From: Candidatus Latescibacterota bacterium
GTDB taxonomy: Bacteria; Latescibacterota; UBA2968
Direction: 5' to 3'
NCBI GenBank assembly: GCA_965207885.1
Contig: OZ242311.1
Coordinates: forward strand, 2,208,001-2,272,000
DNA length: 64,000 nucleotides
The notes beneath the pieces were generated by a model, which searched no databases, had not been told where the DNA came from, and was given only the letters and a program-made list of their open reading frames with translations. Below are positions 38,539-48,893 of this stretch, piece after piece. The position numbers and the translations under genes are program-made. Each line of letters starts with the position of its first letter. Positions within the stretch are counted from its first letter, which is position 1.

Positions 38539-38547
38539 TTAATTTTT

Positions 38548-39270
38548 TTAAATACCAATCCGCTTTGGAAAGACAGTTACCCCCCAATTCACATACTGGT
38601 CTCGCTCCTCAGGCGTCTCGGCGCTCATGCCCACTCTCACTTGTGTGTCTTTTACCTGATCGAGTACGTGTTTTACGCAGTCTTCCACCGTCCGATATGG
38701 AAATTGGGGATGCGCCTCAATGCTGAACATCAGATCGTTTGGTCCAAAGTTCAATACATCTACTCCTGGTTTAGCTAACTGTGCAGCATTGATTACTGCT
38801 TCAACAGATTCAATCTGAATTGCCAACCACCCATACGTATTCCACCAGGGAGCGTATTCCAACCGATCTGGCCGCTCGTCCAGTCCCACCCTATGTATGC
38901 CACCCCAACTGCGTTTTCCCATCTGGGGATAATAAAAGGCGTTTACGGCTTCATCTACAATTGCCTCGCTTTCTACTTCAGGTACCATAATCCCCGAAGG
39001 TCCCAAATCGAGATAATTGCCGATCAGATAGGCGTGGAGGGTGTGCTTAATCCGAATCTGAACGGGCAAATTCAATTCCCGGGCCATTATGCAGAAAGCC
39101 ACCAGGTGGGCTTCGTTAAAAGGCCCGTGTTGTGCATCTACATTTAGATAGTCACATTCGTGTTGTGCCAGAATATCAGTTAGTTCTCCCTTTTCAATAT
39201 CCATTGGCACGCCAATAGAATTTATTATTTCACCATTCCGAATCCGCTGTTTTAGAGTTTTTTGCGACAT
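38548..39270 (-). CDS. HpcH/HpaI aldolase family protein
   Basis: VDAQHGP, LDLGPSGIMVP, IQIES, FGPNDL. Confidence 0.88.
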   Translation of the reverse strand: MSQKTLKQRIRNGEIINSIGVPMDIEKGELTDILAQHECDYLNVDAQHGPFNEAHLVAFCIMARELNLPVQIRIKHTLHAYLIGNYLDLGPSGIMVPEVESEAIVDEAVNAFYYPQMGKRSWGGIHRVGLDERPDRLEYAPWWNTYGWLAIQIESVEAVINAAQLAKPGVDVLNFGPNDLMFSIEAHPQFPYRTVEDCVKHVLDQVKDTQVRVGMSAETPEERDQYVNWGVTVFPKRIGI

Positions 39271-39284
39271 TATACACCTCTTGT

Positions 39285-40388
39285 TCAGTCCAGACTGTAG
39301 AGTTCCCGGGCATTTTCTGCCATAATTTGTTTTTTGACTTCTCGATCCGATACATTGCTCAGTGCCTGGTCGGGCGAATCAAAATCCCAGTGCGGATAAT
39401 CGGTTGCAAACATCAGTTTGTCGTCCATGTCCATGTGCGCCAGCATCTGCTCGAAATACGCCGGGTCTGAAGGCTCTTCTACCGGCTGTGTGGTCAGATA
39501 GAAATGATCCCGGATATATTCCGAGGGCAAGCGCTTTAAATAGGGCACTTCCATCTTGAGTTTTCGGTACCAGTTATCCATCCGCCACATCAAAGGTGCC
39601 ACCCACCCAAAGCCGCCTTCGATCAGAACGATTTTTAAGTCGGGAAATCGTTCGAATACGCCTTCGTACACATAGCTCGTTACCTGCGCCTGAAATGCCA
39701 TGGGCATCCCGCCGTGATCCTGAATATAATGCGCGGCCTTGCCCGCGCCCGTAATTGGGCCAATACCCGTGCCGCCAAAGTGAATGCCGATGGGGAGGTC
39801 GTAGTCAACGGCTGCTTCGTAAATTTTCCAGTATTTACGGCGGCCCAGTGGCTCCATTGTGCGGGCCATGAACATCAATTGTACAAATCCCGGGTGATCG
39901 CCCAGGCGTTCAATTTCAGCGACGGCGAGATCGGCGTCTTCATACGCGACAGTCAGGGATGCACGCAATCGCTCATCTTTTTCCAGCCATTCGGCTATTT
40001 GCCATTCATTTACCGCCTGTGCAATTGCCGCTCCGTATTCCAGGTTTTGCTGTCCCCCAGCAGGCGATAGCGGGTTCAATATGCCGTAGTCCATTTCCCA
40101 AGTATCCAGCAATTGTTCCTGCATAAAACCCAGATGTGATCCCGGTGGTCCTTCGGGGGGAAACGCATCATTTCGTGCGGCAAAGGGCACGGCTCTCGGA
40201 CAATTGGACCCGGATCGTCTGCGCCCTGCAATGCTCAGATGGTAATCTTTCCAAGCGCTGGGCATATAATCTACCCAGACCTCAGTGGCGGGAGATTGAT
40301 AGCCATCTACATTGTGAATATCGCAATCGATTACCGATAGCTTTTCTCTCTTTTTGACCTCTGGCTCTTCTAAAATAGTCATCGCCAT
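39285..40388 (-). CDS. Amidohydrolase_2 family protein
   Basis: IDCDIH, GIHFGG, LIEGG, FATDYPHWDFD. Confidence 0.92.
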   Translation of the reverse strand: MAMTILEEPEVKKREKLSVIDCDIHNVDGYQSPATEVWVDYMPSAWKDYHLSIAGRRRSGSNCPRAVPFAARNDAFPPEGPPGSHLGFMQEQLLDTWEMDYGILNPLSPAGGQQNLEYGAAIAQAVNEWQIAEWLEKDERLRASLTVAYEDADLAVAEIERLGDHPGFVQLMFMARTMEPLGRRKYWKIYEAAVDYDLPIGIHFGGTGIGPITGAGKAAHYIQDHGGMPMAFQAQVTSYVYEGVFERFPDLKIVLIEGGFGWVAPLMWRMDNWYRKLKMEVPYLKRLPSEYIRDHFYLTTQPVEEPSDPAYFEQMLAHMDMDDKLMFATDYPHWDFDSPDQALSNVSDREVKKQIMAENARELYSLD

Positions 40389-40400
40389 AGCGGTATCTCC

Positions 40401-41495
40401 TCACAATTTGTAAAACGCTCGTGCATTTTCTCTCAAAACTTTTTCCAGTAGCGAATCGGATAGCCCTTTTGGAATGGCATCATCCGGTCCGTCAAAATGC
40501 CAGTGCGGATAATCGGTCGAAAACATCAGTATTTCATCCGAGTCCAGTTGTCCAATCATTTGCAAAAGGTGTTCGGAATTTATGGGCGTATCCATCGGTT
40601 GTAGCGTCATTCGAATGTGTTCTCGCACGTAATCCGATGGGGGGCGCACAACCCAGGGGGTGTCTCGGCGCAGGCCTTTCCACTCTTTGTCCATGCGCCA
40701 CATCCATGCGGGCATCCAGCCGAATCCACTTTCGATTAATACCACCCGTAATTCGGGAAACCGCGCAAACGCGCCTTCGGAGATTAAGCTCAGGACTTGT
40801 GCCTGAAAAATCTGCGCCATATCGGCACATTCTTCAATATAGGTCGAAGGCCAGCCCACGGGTGTGGGGGGAAGCGATGAAGCACCGCCAAAATGAATGC
40901 CAATTGCCAGGTCGTGATTTACTGCAGCCGCGTACATCGGATTGTATTCGCTTTTTCCATATAGAGAATAGGAGCGAACAGGGAGTATTACCTGTACGAA
41001 GCCGGGATGATCGCCAAAGCGTTCAATTTCTCGCGCGGCGAGGATGGGATTCTGGCTGGGTACGACCAATGAAGCGCGGAGACGCGCGTCTTTCTCCAGC
41101 CAGTGATCAATCTGCCACTGGTTGACCGCTGTTGCAAGCGATGCTGCGAGGTCTTCGTTGTGTACGCTTTGCACCCAATAGCCACAGGTCAAAATCCCCA
41201 CTTCCACGTCCCAGGGATCGAGTACCTGTTTTTGCGTCAGTCCCAGGTCGGAGCCCGGGGGACCATTTGTGGGTCGAGTACCTTGCCGCGCAGATGTGGG
41301 CGCGCCACCCGGATAATCATTCGCGCCGGGGCCTCGAAAATGGGATTCGCGAATATACGCGACCCAGTGGTCTTCCAGATATGGAACAAGGGTTTCCAGG
41401 GAGGCAAACGCATTGTGAATGTCGCAATCGATAACGGGACGGCCAAGGCCTGTAAAATCAGCGGGCATATTCTTTTCTTTTTGGAATGTGATCAT
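40401..41495 (-). CDS. Amidohydrolase_2 family protein (paralog)
   Basis: IDCDIH, GIHFGG, LIESG, FSTDYPHWHFD. Confidence 0.92.
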   Translation of the reverse strand: MITFQKEKNMPADFTGLGRPVIDCDIHNAFASLETLVPYLEDHWVAYIRESHFRGPGANDYPGGAPTSARQGTRPTNGPPGSDLGLTQKQVLDPWDVEVGILTCGYWVQSVHNEDLAASLATAVNQWQIDHWLEKDARLRASLVVPSQNPILAAREIERFGDHPGFVQVILPVRSYSLYGKSEYNPMYAAAVNHDLAIGIHFGGASSLPPTPVGWPSTYIEECADMAQIFQAQVLSLISEGAFARFPELRVVLIESGFGWMPAWMWRMDKEWKGLRRDTPWVVRPPSDYVREHIRMTLQPMDTPINSEHLLQMIGQLDSDEILMFSTDYPHWHFDGPDDAIPKGLSDSLLEKVLRENARAFYKL

Positions 41496-43132
41496 TGCGA
41501 GACGCCGCCGTGTGCGTCAAAAAAATCGAAAATAGACGGTAGAGTTGTGAACCATATTGTGTTGTGCGTATCGTCGGGATATTCGGTATAGGTGAAATTT
41601 GTCATATACTTTGCCAACAGTTTTGCGGTGCGTCGAGCGGGTTCTGCCAGCGCGACCATGTCCTTTGCTCCTTGCGAAAATAGCACGGGAAGATCGGCAT
41701 GCGGTTTGACGTGTCTCGATCTTACCCAACGCCCACTGGCCGCGATTGGCGCGATGGCGGCAAATTTTTCGGCATGCCTCAATCCCAGAATCCAGGTGCC
41801 ACCTCCGCCCATCGAATGACCGGTGAGGTACACGCGCTCTGGATCGATATTGTAGATGGACAATACGCGATCCAATACATCCATGACATCTTGCCCGCCA
41901 ATTCTGCGATACCCAGTAAAAGGCCCGCGTCCACTCGGCGCGACAAATAAATATCCGCGTTCTTGTGATAGATGCTTGCACAGGTTCTCTGTTTCGCCTC
42001 TTCTGCGCCGGTCCAACCAGGTGTTTTCGCTGCCAGAAGCACCGTGAAGGCCAATGATCAGCGGCCATGATCGATCCGGCGTATATCCCTCTGGCACAAA
42101 TATGCGGTAGGGTACGAGTTGGCTGTCAACTGCTGATTGATACGCGAGGTGAAAGTCGCCAGTGCTTTTCTTCAGGGGGTCTTCTCCTGCCAAAAGTGCC
42201 GAAGATAGGGTTTCGGCGAGGTCGATGTCCGCCGGTATGTTAATCGCGCCGCGCCATGTCAATCCCCTGCCGCTTCTGCGGTATTTCATGACCATAGGTT
42301 GCGCTGTTCGCCTGAGATCTCCCACGTATTTGGCGTGCATTTCCTCGAGATGCGCGACGATATATTCGATTGTTTCGATAGCTGCCCGCTGGGACGCACC
42401 ACGGGACGCGATATTCTCGCCATGCAAGGTTTTTAGCCGCGTTTGCAAAATTTTCAAGCGTGAAGACATTGTGTCTGTGTGCAAAAAAGCTCTTGTGACT
42501 CTCAGCAGAAGTTTGCCCGCTGGATCGCGCAATTCATATCGCACACCTGCGCGTCCTTCGGGCAAACCCGTTGTTGATAGGGCACTATCGAAAGCGCGGA
42601 CAGACGAAATTGGTAGTGTGCGCTCGTCAACCACACCCTTCGTTCCCCGCAGCGATAGCCGCGCCGTATATTCGCCTGAAAGCGGATGTCCCAGGCTAAA
42701 GAGGGGTTTCAGTTGTACGTGAAGCGTGTCGTCCGTGTTCGTGATGGTGCGATTTAATACCAGGTTGTAGCTTGCGGCGAGTTCTGTACCTTCGCCAGAG
42801 CTACTGTCTCGCGTCATTGCCATAAATCTTATAAACAGGCGGTAGGCGCGATAGTTGTCTTTTTTTTCGAAAGCTGCAAAGGCTGTATCCGATAGTGCTT
42901 GGAGATTGGGTGGTATGCCCTCATCTGTTGCTTTCAGGCGGTTCAATGTAGAACGCGCGACCACTGTAAATGCGCGGGCATCTTCCCAGGCGATATCGCC
43001 GAGTTGTTCGCCTTCGAGCAGTGTGATAGGATGCTGAGCATAGCCTCTCACACAGGATCCTATTATGCAGAATAGGAATATGCCGCATATTGAGGTGTAC
43101 TTAAAAAGAAGATGGGGGAAAGAGATGGACAT
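41492..43132 (-). CDS. Secreted alpha/beta hydrolase (esterase/peptidase S9-like)
   Basis: PLIIGLHG, TGHSMGG nucleophile elbow, QGAKD, terminal His. Confidence 0.82.
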   Translation of the reverse strand: MSISFPHLLFKYTSICGIFLFCIIGSCVRGYAQHPITLLEGEQLGDIAWEDARAFTVVARSTLNRLKATDEGIPPNLQALSDTAFAAFEKKDNYRAYRLFIRFMAMTRDSSSGEGTELAASYNLVLNRTITNTDDTLHVQLKPLFSLGHPLSGEYTARLSLRGTKGVVDERTLPISSVRAFDSALSTTGLPEGRAGVRYELRDPAGKLLLRVTRAFLHTDTMSSRLKILQTRLKTLHGENIASRGASQRAAIETIEYIVAHLEEMHAKYVGDLRRTAQPMVMKYRRSGRGLTWRGAINIPADIDLAETLSSALLAGEDPLKKSTGDFHLAYQSAVDSQLVPYRIFVPEGYTPDRSWPLIIGLHGASGSENTWLDRRRRGETENLCKHLSQERGYLFVAPSGRGPFTGYRRIGGQDVMDVLDRVLSIYNIDPERVYLTGHSMGGGGTWILGLRHAEKFAAIAPIAASGRWVRSRHVKPHADLPVLFSQGAKDMVALAEPARRTAKLLAKYMTNFTYTEYPDDTHNTIWFTTLPSIFDFFDAHGGVSQ

Positions 43133-43292
43133 AAGTGTCTCCTTTTTATAAATCAACACGAGTCATTCGACAAAATAAGTTGCCATTGGGAAAAAAGCAA
43201 GGCTAAGGAACAATTCCGACTTGTGCGATGCAGAATCCCACTTTATCATGGTCTGATACTACTATTGTCAATCTTATGCAAAGGATGCAATC

Positions 43293-44822
43293 ATGACTTC
43301 TACTCTTCGCAAATCCATTGTCGCCCTGCTGTTATTGCTTCCATGTCCCGTCCTCGCAGATGTTTCGCTGCCTGCAATTTTCTCAGATAATATGGTGTTG
43401 CAGCGACAAATTGCAATATCCGTGTGGGGAAATGCCGATGCCAATGAAGAGATTACCATTGAGTTAGATACCCAGCGCGTGACGATCACAGCAGATGCAG
43501 GGGGCACATGGCAGATTCACCTGAGTCCTATGGATGCGGGAGGCCCGTATCAACTCACCGTGCGCGGCAAGAATGTCATCACTTTTAACAATGTGATGGT
43601 GGGGGAGGTCTGGATTTGCTCGGGGCAATCCAATATGGCCTGGTCCGTCAGGCGTTCTCAAAATGCGGAGGATGAGATCAAAGCGGCGGATTATCCCAAT
43701 ATCAGGCTTTTTACGGTCAAACGCAGTGCCACTCAAAGGCCCGCGAAAGATGTTGAGGGCACCTGGAGTGTATGCGATACGAGTAGTGTCAGCAATTTTT
43801 CTGCGGTGGCTTATTATTTTGGGCGCCACCTGCACAAATCTTTGAATGTGCCCATTGGTCTTATCAATACATCCTGGGGTGGTACACCGGCTGAGGCCTG
43901 GACTTCATTGCCCGCACTTCAAGTCATACCGGAGTATGCGCCGCTGGGCAAACGCTGGGCAGAACATATCGCCGCTTATCCAGAAGCACAGAAGATATTC
44001 CAAACCAGAATCGCTGTATGGCGTGCAAATACCGATAGCTTGCGCGCTTTGGGGCAACGCCGCCCGCGAGCACCGCGCGGTCCAAATCATCCCCATCGCC
44101 CGTCTGTGCTCTACAATGGGATGATCGCACCTCTCGTTCCCTATGGCATTCGCGGTGCGATATGGTATCAGGGGGAATCAAACGCTGGTCGTGCGTATCA
44201 ATATCGCGCGTTGTTTCCGGCGATGATTCAGAACTGGCGTTCGAGTTGGGGGCAGGGCGCATTTCCATTTTTCTTTGTACAGCTTGCCAATTTTAGACAG
44301 GTAAAGGAAAATCCAGAGGAGAGTGCCTGGGCTGAATTGCGCGAGGCGCAATTGATGGCACTTTCATTGCCAAATACGGGTATGGCTGTGGCGATTGATA
44401 TTGGAGAGGCAGACGATATTCACCCGAGGAATAAACAGGATGTTGGCTTGCGTCTGGCTCTGGGGGCAGAAGCTACGGTCTATGGTCTGGATCAACCGCA
44501 TTCTGGTCCCATTTATCGGTCTATGACGGTTGAAGAAGACAAAATTCGCCTGCGATTTGATCACGCGTATGGCGGCTTAAAAGCAAAGGGCAATATGCTC
44601 AAGGGTTTTGCAATTGCCGGTCAAGATAGCAAATTTGTCTGGGCAGAGGCAAAGATTGATGGCGACGATGTGCTGGTCTGGAGCAAAGATGTGCAGCAAC
44701 CCGTTGCTGTCAGATACGCCTGGGCAGATAATCCAGTTTGCAATTTGTACAATGGAGCAGATTTGCCAGCATCGCCTTTTCGCACAGATGACTGGCGCGG
44801 TATCACCGCTGATCGGCAGTGA
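43293..44822 (+). CDS. Sialate O-acetylesterase
   Basis: FSDNMVLQR, GEVWICSGQSNM, WGGT, WYQGESN, DIHP. Confidence 0.93.
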   Translation: MTSTLRKSIVALLLLLPCPVLADVSLPAIFSDNMVLQRQIAISVWGNADANEEITIELDTQRVTITADAGGTWQIHLSPMDAGGPYQLTVRGKNVITFNNVMVGEVWICSGQSNMAWSVRRSQNAEDEIKAADYPNIRLFTVKRSATQRPAKDVEGTWSVCDTSSVSNFSAVAYYFGRHLHKSLNVPIGLINTSWGGTPAEAWTSLPALQVIPEYAPLGKRWAEHIAAYPEAQKIFQTRIAVWRANTDSLRALGQRRPRAPRGPNHPHRPSVLYNGMIAPLVPYGIRGAIWYQGESNAGRAYQYRALFPAMIQNWRSSWGQGAFPFFFVQLANFRQVKENPEESAWAELREAQLMALSLPNTGMAVAIDIGEADDIHPRNKQDVGLRLALGAEATVYGLDQPHSGPIYRSMTVEEDKIRLRFDHAYGGLKAKGNMLKGFAIAGQDSKFVWAEAKIDGDDVLVWSKDVQQPVAVRYAWADNPVCNLYNGADLPASPFRTDDWRGITADRQ

Positions 44823-44846
44823 GTCCCACCTTCACAGGAGATTCCA

Positions 44847-45881
44847 ATGTCCGCTATGAAAGCAGCACTTTACAAGGGTATCCGCGAAATTGAATGGCAA
44901 GATGTTGAATATACGCCCCCAGCACCGGATTATATTACTCTGCAAACGAGGAGTTCTGGTATCTGCGGTAGCGATCTGCACAATTATTTTGGCGAGTGGA
45001 AACCTTCACTCGAACGCGCCGCGGGACACGAGTTGTGTGGCACGGTTGCCGAAGTTGGCGAGGGCGTTACGGGCATTGAGGTAGGGGATCTCGTCACTGC
45101 CGAATGTTTTTCGCATTGCGGTACATGTCACTATTGTGTTACAGGTCGCTACAACCACTGCGCCAATCGCAAGTGGTTTTCGGGCGAATCGCACGGTGGT
45201 TTTGCCGAATACACAACCGCACACAAAAATAGTGTCTTCAAATTGCCCAATATGACTTTTGAACAGGGTGCGCTTGTAGAACCCCTCGCTGTCGCGCATC
45301 GCGCACTCGCGCAGGCAAAAGCGTCTTATCAGGATCGGGTTGCCGTGATCGGTGGGGGAACAATTGGTCAACTCTGTCTGGCAGTTGCCAAAGCTATCGG
45401 TGTGCGCGAAACGCTGATTACCGCCAAATATCCGCAGCAGGCCGACCTCGCGCGTGACCTGGGTGCGGATCACATCGTCGATATCACAACGACCGATGTG
45501 AAGGATGTGGTTAATGACCTCACCGATGGCATGGGGTATGACGCCGTTATCGAAACTGTGGGTACCGCGCAGAACTTCGATGATTCTATCGCTATATCGC
45601 GCCGCCATGCCATGATCGTTCTCGTGGCCGGTTACTTCAAGCCCCTCGAGGTTGACTTGCGCTCAATTGTCTGGTCCGAAGTCAATATCACAGGCTCTAA
45701 TTGCTACGGTTTCAGCGGCATGCGTACCGATTTTGATGTCGCTATTGACCTTATTACTTCTGGGCGCGTGCAAGCTACAAAACTCGTCACCCACCGCTAT
45801 CCCTTTGCCGATATCGCCGAAGCTTTTCACACCGCCGCTGACAAAAAGTCCGGCTGTGTCAAAGTGCATCTCGTAAAATAA
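44847..45881 (+). CDS. Zn-dependent alcohol/sugar-alcohol dehydrogenase
   Basis: GICGSD, GHE, CGTCHYC...C, GGGTIG. Confidence 0.93.
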   Translation: MSAMKAALYKGIREIEWQDVEYTPPAPDYITLQTRSSGICGSDLHNYFGEWKPSLERAAGHELCGTVAEVGEGVTGIEVGDLVTAECFSHCGTCHYCVTGRYNHCANRKWFSGESHGGFAEYTTAHKNSVFKLPNMTFEQGALVEPLAVAHRALAQAKASYQDRVAVIGGGTIGQLCLAVAKAIGVRETLITAKYPQQADLARDLGADHIVDITTTDVKDVVNDLTDGMGYDAVIETVGTAQNFDDSIAISRRHAMIVLVAGYFKPLEVDLRSIVWSEVNITGSNCYGFSGMRTDFDVAIDLITSGRVQATKLVTHRYPFADIAEAFHTAADKKSGCVKVHLVK

Positions 45882-45894
45882 AAAGGTTTGTGCT

Positions 45895-47097
45895 ATGGGT
45901 ATTCGTCTCGGTATTGTCGGCGTAGGGGCATTTGCACAGGGCTTTATTCCCCTGTTCAATGCACATCCAGATGTAGATCAGGTCGTTCTGTGCGATCTGG
46001 ATGAAGAAAAACGCCAGAGTAACGCCGAAAAACACGGGATTGTGCAGACGGCGCCTTCTCTCGATGATCTGTGTGATACCGATGTTGATGCTATCGCGCT
46101 TTTTACCCAGAACTGGTTGCATGGGCCACAGGCAACTCAAGCACTTCGCGCGGGTAAACACGTCTATTCAGCTGTGCCACCGGGCATGGCACTCGACGAA
46201 ATTCGCGCGATTGCCGAAGCTGTCTGCGAGACGGGCAATATCTATATGCTCGGTGAAACGAGTTACTATTATCCGGCAGTGATTTACTGTCGGCAGCGAT
46301 TCCGCGAGGGCGCGTTTGGCGATATTGTGTACGCCGAGGCCGAATATTATCACGACTGGGATCACGGTCTGTACGCTGTTGCAAAGTGGCGCGGAGGGAA
46401 AAATTGGCGCGAAACCGCTGGCAAACCCCCTATGTTTTATCCCACCCATTCGACGAGTCAGATTCTCTCTATCACGGGCACGCGTATGACCCACGTTTCA
46501 TGCCAGGGTTTCACAGATCGCCACGAGGATAGAATCTATAAATCAAATAAGTGGAATAATCCTTTCAGCAATGAGTCTGCGCTGTTCAAACTGTCCGATG
46601 GCAGCACCGCGCGCATCAATGAATTTCGCCGTGTTGGACATCCGGGGACGGTGCGTATGACGATGTTTGGCACACAGGGCAGCTTTGAACACAATGCCTC
46701 GGGTGCCGTCTGGCTCACAAAAGATCGGTCTGAACGCGAATCTCTCGACGCGCAACTCACCTGTCGCGTAGCGGTAAGACGCGTTGAGGGCGATATGGAC
46801 AAGGTTACCGCAGACGATGGGACGCATCACACAGTTGCTCCCGTTCATCCCGTTCACCGCTTGCCCGATGCGTTTAGAGGTTTGCCCAATGGTCACAATG
46901 GCTCACATCAGTTTCTGGTTGACGATTTTGTTCGCGCCTGTGTCTCGGACAAGACGCCGCCGAACAATATTTACGAAGCTGCGCGCTATATGATCCCGGG
47001 CCTCATTGCCCACGAATCGGCCCTTAAGGGCGGTGAATTGCTCGAGATTCCCGATTTGGGCGATCCGCCCACGGGTAATCGTCTGGAAATCGATTGA
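45895..47097 (+). CDS. Gfo/Idh/MocA oxidoreductase
   Basis: GIVGVG, GKHVYSAVP, YPTHS. Confidence 0.88.
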   Translation: MGIRLGIVGVGAFAQGFIPLFNAHPDVDQVVLCDLDEEKRQSNAEKHGIVQTAPSLDDLCDTDVDAIALFTQNWLHGPQATQALRAGKHVYSAVPPGMALDEIRAIAEAVCETGNIYMLGETSYYYPAVIYCRQRFREGAFGDIVYAEAEYYHDWDHGLYAVAKWRGGKNWRETAGKPPMFYPTHSTSQILSITGTRMTHVSCQGFTDRHEDRIYKSNKWNNPFSNESALFKLSDGSTARINEFRRVGHPGTVRMTMFGTQGSFEHNASGAVWLTKDRSERESLDAQLTCRVAVRRVEGDMDKVTADDGTHHTVAPVHPVHRLPDAFRGLPNGHNGSHQFLVDDFVRACVSDKTPPNNIYEAARYMIPGLIAHESALKGGELLEIPDLGDPPTGNRLEID

Positions 47098-47137
47098 TCA
47101 GTTGTGGGGAGAGTAGAATTCATCCATAAACAGGGAG

Positions 47138-47881
47138 TTGACCATGTCTTATTTTTCTAATGAAGAAAAAGCCTTTTTTAAAAAAAATGGCTATGTTGTC
47201 AAACCCGACCTGATTGCATCAGACCTGCTCAAAAATGCGCGGGATGCCGTGTGGGAATATATCGAGGCGGATCGCGATGATCCTCAGACATGGATCAACG
47301 CGGGGCCAAAAGGCAATCTGCCGTGTAGCGACCATCCCGCAGTCGCGGCTATGAGGACAGATACACCGCTTTACGATATGGCCGAAGAACTCGCGGGTAA
47401 GGGGCGTCTTCGTTCGCCTGGAAATGGGCTGTGTAAAATGATTTACCCGAGCGGGCATACGGACTGGCAGCCGCCGCGAGGGCATCTGGACGGGTATCTC
47501 ATCGAGGGTGTAGCGGATACTTTCACCGTTGCTGTGACTATTAATATCAGCGATGTTTTGCCCCGTGGCGGCGGTTTTACTACATGGGCGGGAGCGCACC
47601 TCAAGGTTGCCAGATATTTCCAGGCGCATGCCCTGACTAATTTGAGCGGTCTCAAAGCCCCGGGTTTTCTGCATCCCGATACGCGCTATGAACACGCCGC
47701 ACCTGCGGGAACGGTCTGCTTCTGGCACCACTATATGTTGCACACGGCCAGCATGAATTGTCGGACAGATATCCGCATGGCGATTGTCAATCGCTTTGCT
47801 TTCAAGAACCTGAGCGATATCCTGTTCGACCTGCCCTTCGATCTGTGGGACCACTGGGAAGGCTTGCGCGATATCAACTGA
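47138..47881 (+). CDS. Phytanoyl-CoA dioxygenase-like 2OG-Fe(II) oxygenase
   Basis: FKKNGYVV, HLD, GGGFTTW, AGTVCFWHHYMLH, IR. Confidence 0.85.
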   Translation: MTMSYFSNEEKAFFKKNGYVVKPDLIASDLLKNARDAVWEYIEADRDDPQTWINAGPKGNLPCSDHPAVAAMRTDTPLYDMAEELAGKGRLRSPGNGLCKMIYPSGHTDWQPPRGHLDGYLIEGVADTFTVAVTINISDVLPRGGGFTTWAGAHLKVARYFQAHALTNLSGLKAPGFLHPDTRYEHAAPAGTVCFWHHYMLHTASMNCRTDIRMAIVNRFAFKNLSDILFDLPFDLWDHWEGLRDIN

Positions 47882-47893
47882 AAGGATGCCGTT

Positions 47894-48865
47894 ATGGCAC
47901 GAATGAAACGACTTGAAAAGCTCGATGGCTTCGCCAATGTGCAGATGGTCGAAGTCGAACAGCCAGAACCCGGTCCCGATCAGATGCTGATTGAGGTCAA
48001 GCGCAGCCTGATTAGCAGGGGGTCGGAGCTATTTTGGCGATACGTCCGGGAAGAGGCGGTAAGTCCTGAGATGATGGGGTATTCCGACTCGGGTGAGGTC
48101 GTGGGCGTGGGGGCCAACATCCAGGATTTCGCAGTGGGACAGCGCGTCATGGCGAACACCCCGCACGCTCAGTACGTCATTGCCGGCGAAACCGAGAGAT
48201 CCCGGCGCGCTTTCCCCCTTCCGGAAGAACTCAGCTATGAGACCGCGACCTTTCTCCCTCTCGCGACCAGTTCTGTGATGTGGATGCGCTCTTCGCCAAT
48301 AGAACCCGGGCAGACCGTTGTCGTGCTCGGTCAGGGGATCGTAGGTGCCCTGTGCGCTCAGGTCGTCTGGGAACGCGATCCCGGATGTGTAATCGTCGTC
48401 GATGCACAGCCTCTCCGATGCGATATCGCGCGGAAACTGGGGCACGAAAATGTGATCAATGTCTCCCAGACCGACTCCGTGGCAGCGGTCAAGGAACTCA
48501 CAGATGGCAAGGGTGCCGACCTCGTCGTCGAGTGCGTCGGGGGCTACGCTGGTATCCAGTCCTTCGAACAAGCTCAGAAGATGCTCGCATCCAGGGGAAC
48601 AATTCATCTCATCGCGAAGTATCAAGGTGCTCCATTGCCTCTGGAAGGGGACGCCTTTATGAATAAGCAGATCATCGCGGGCATCCGCATCGATACACCC
48701 AGAGAGGCGTGTATGCGGGATGCAGCCCAGATGCTGATCGACGGACGGGTCAAAGTCGCCGAACTGATCACCCACAGACTCCCATGGGAACAAACTCCGG
48801 ATGCGTATCACCTGCTCTATCACAAGCCGGACGAAGCACTCGGCGTCATTCTGGAGTGGGATTGA
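47894..48865 (+). CDS. MDR-family dehydrogenase
   Basis: ISRGSE, MGYS, LGQGIVG, ITHR. Confidence 0.88.
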   Translation: MARMKRLEKLDGFANVQMVEVEQPEPGPDQMLIEVKRSLISRGSELFWRYVREEAVSPEMMGYSDSGEVVGVGANIQDFAVGQRVMANTPHAQYVIAGETERSRRAFPLPEELSYETATFLPLATSSVMWMRSSPIEPGQTVVVLGQGIVGALCAQVVWERDPGCVIVVDAQPLRCDIARKLGHENVINVSQTDSVAAVKELTDGKGADLVVECVGGYAGIQSFEQAQKMLASRGTIHLIAKYQGAPLPLEGDAFMNKQIIAGIRIDTPREACMRDAAQMLIDGRVKVAELITHRLPWEQTPDAYHLLYHKPDEALGVILEWD

Positions 48866-48893
48866 TCTGATTTTGAGCAGGACAGGAGACGCT

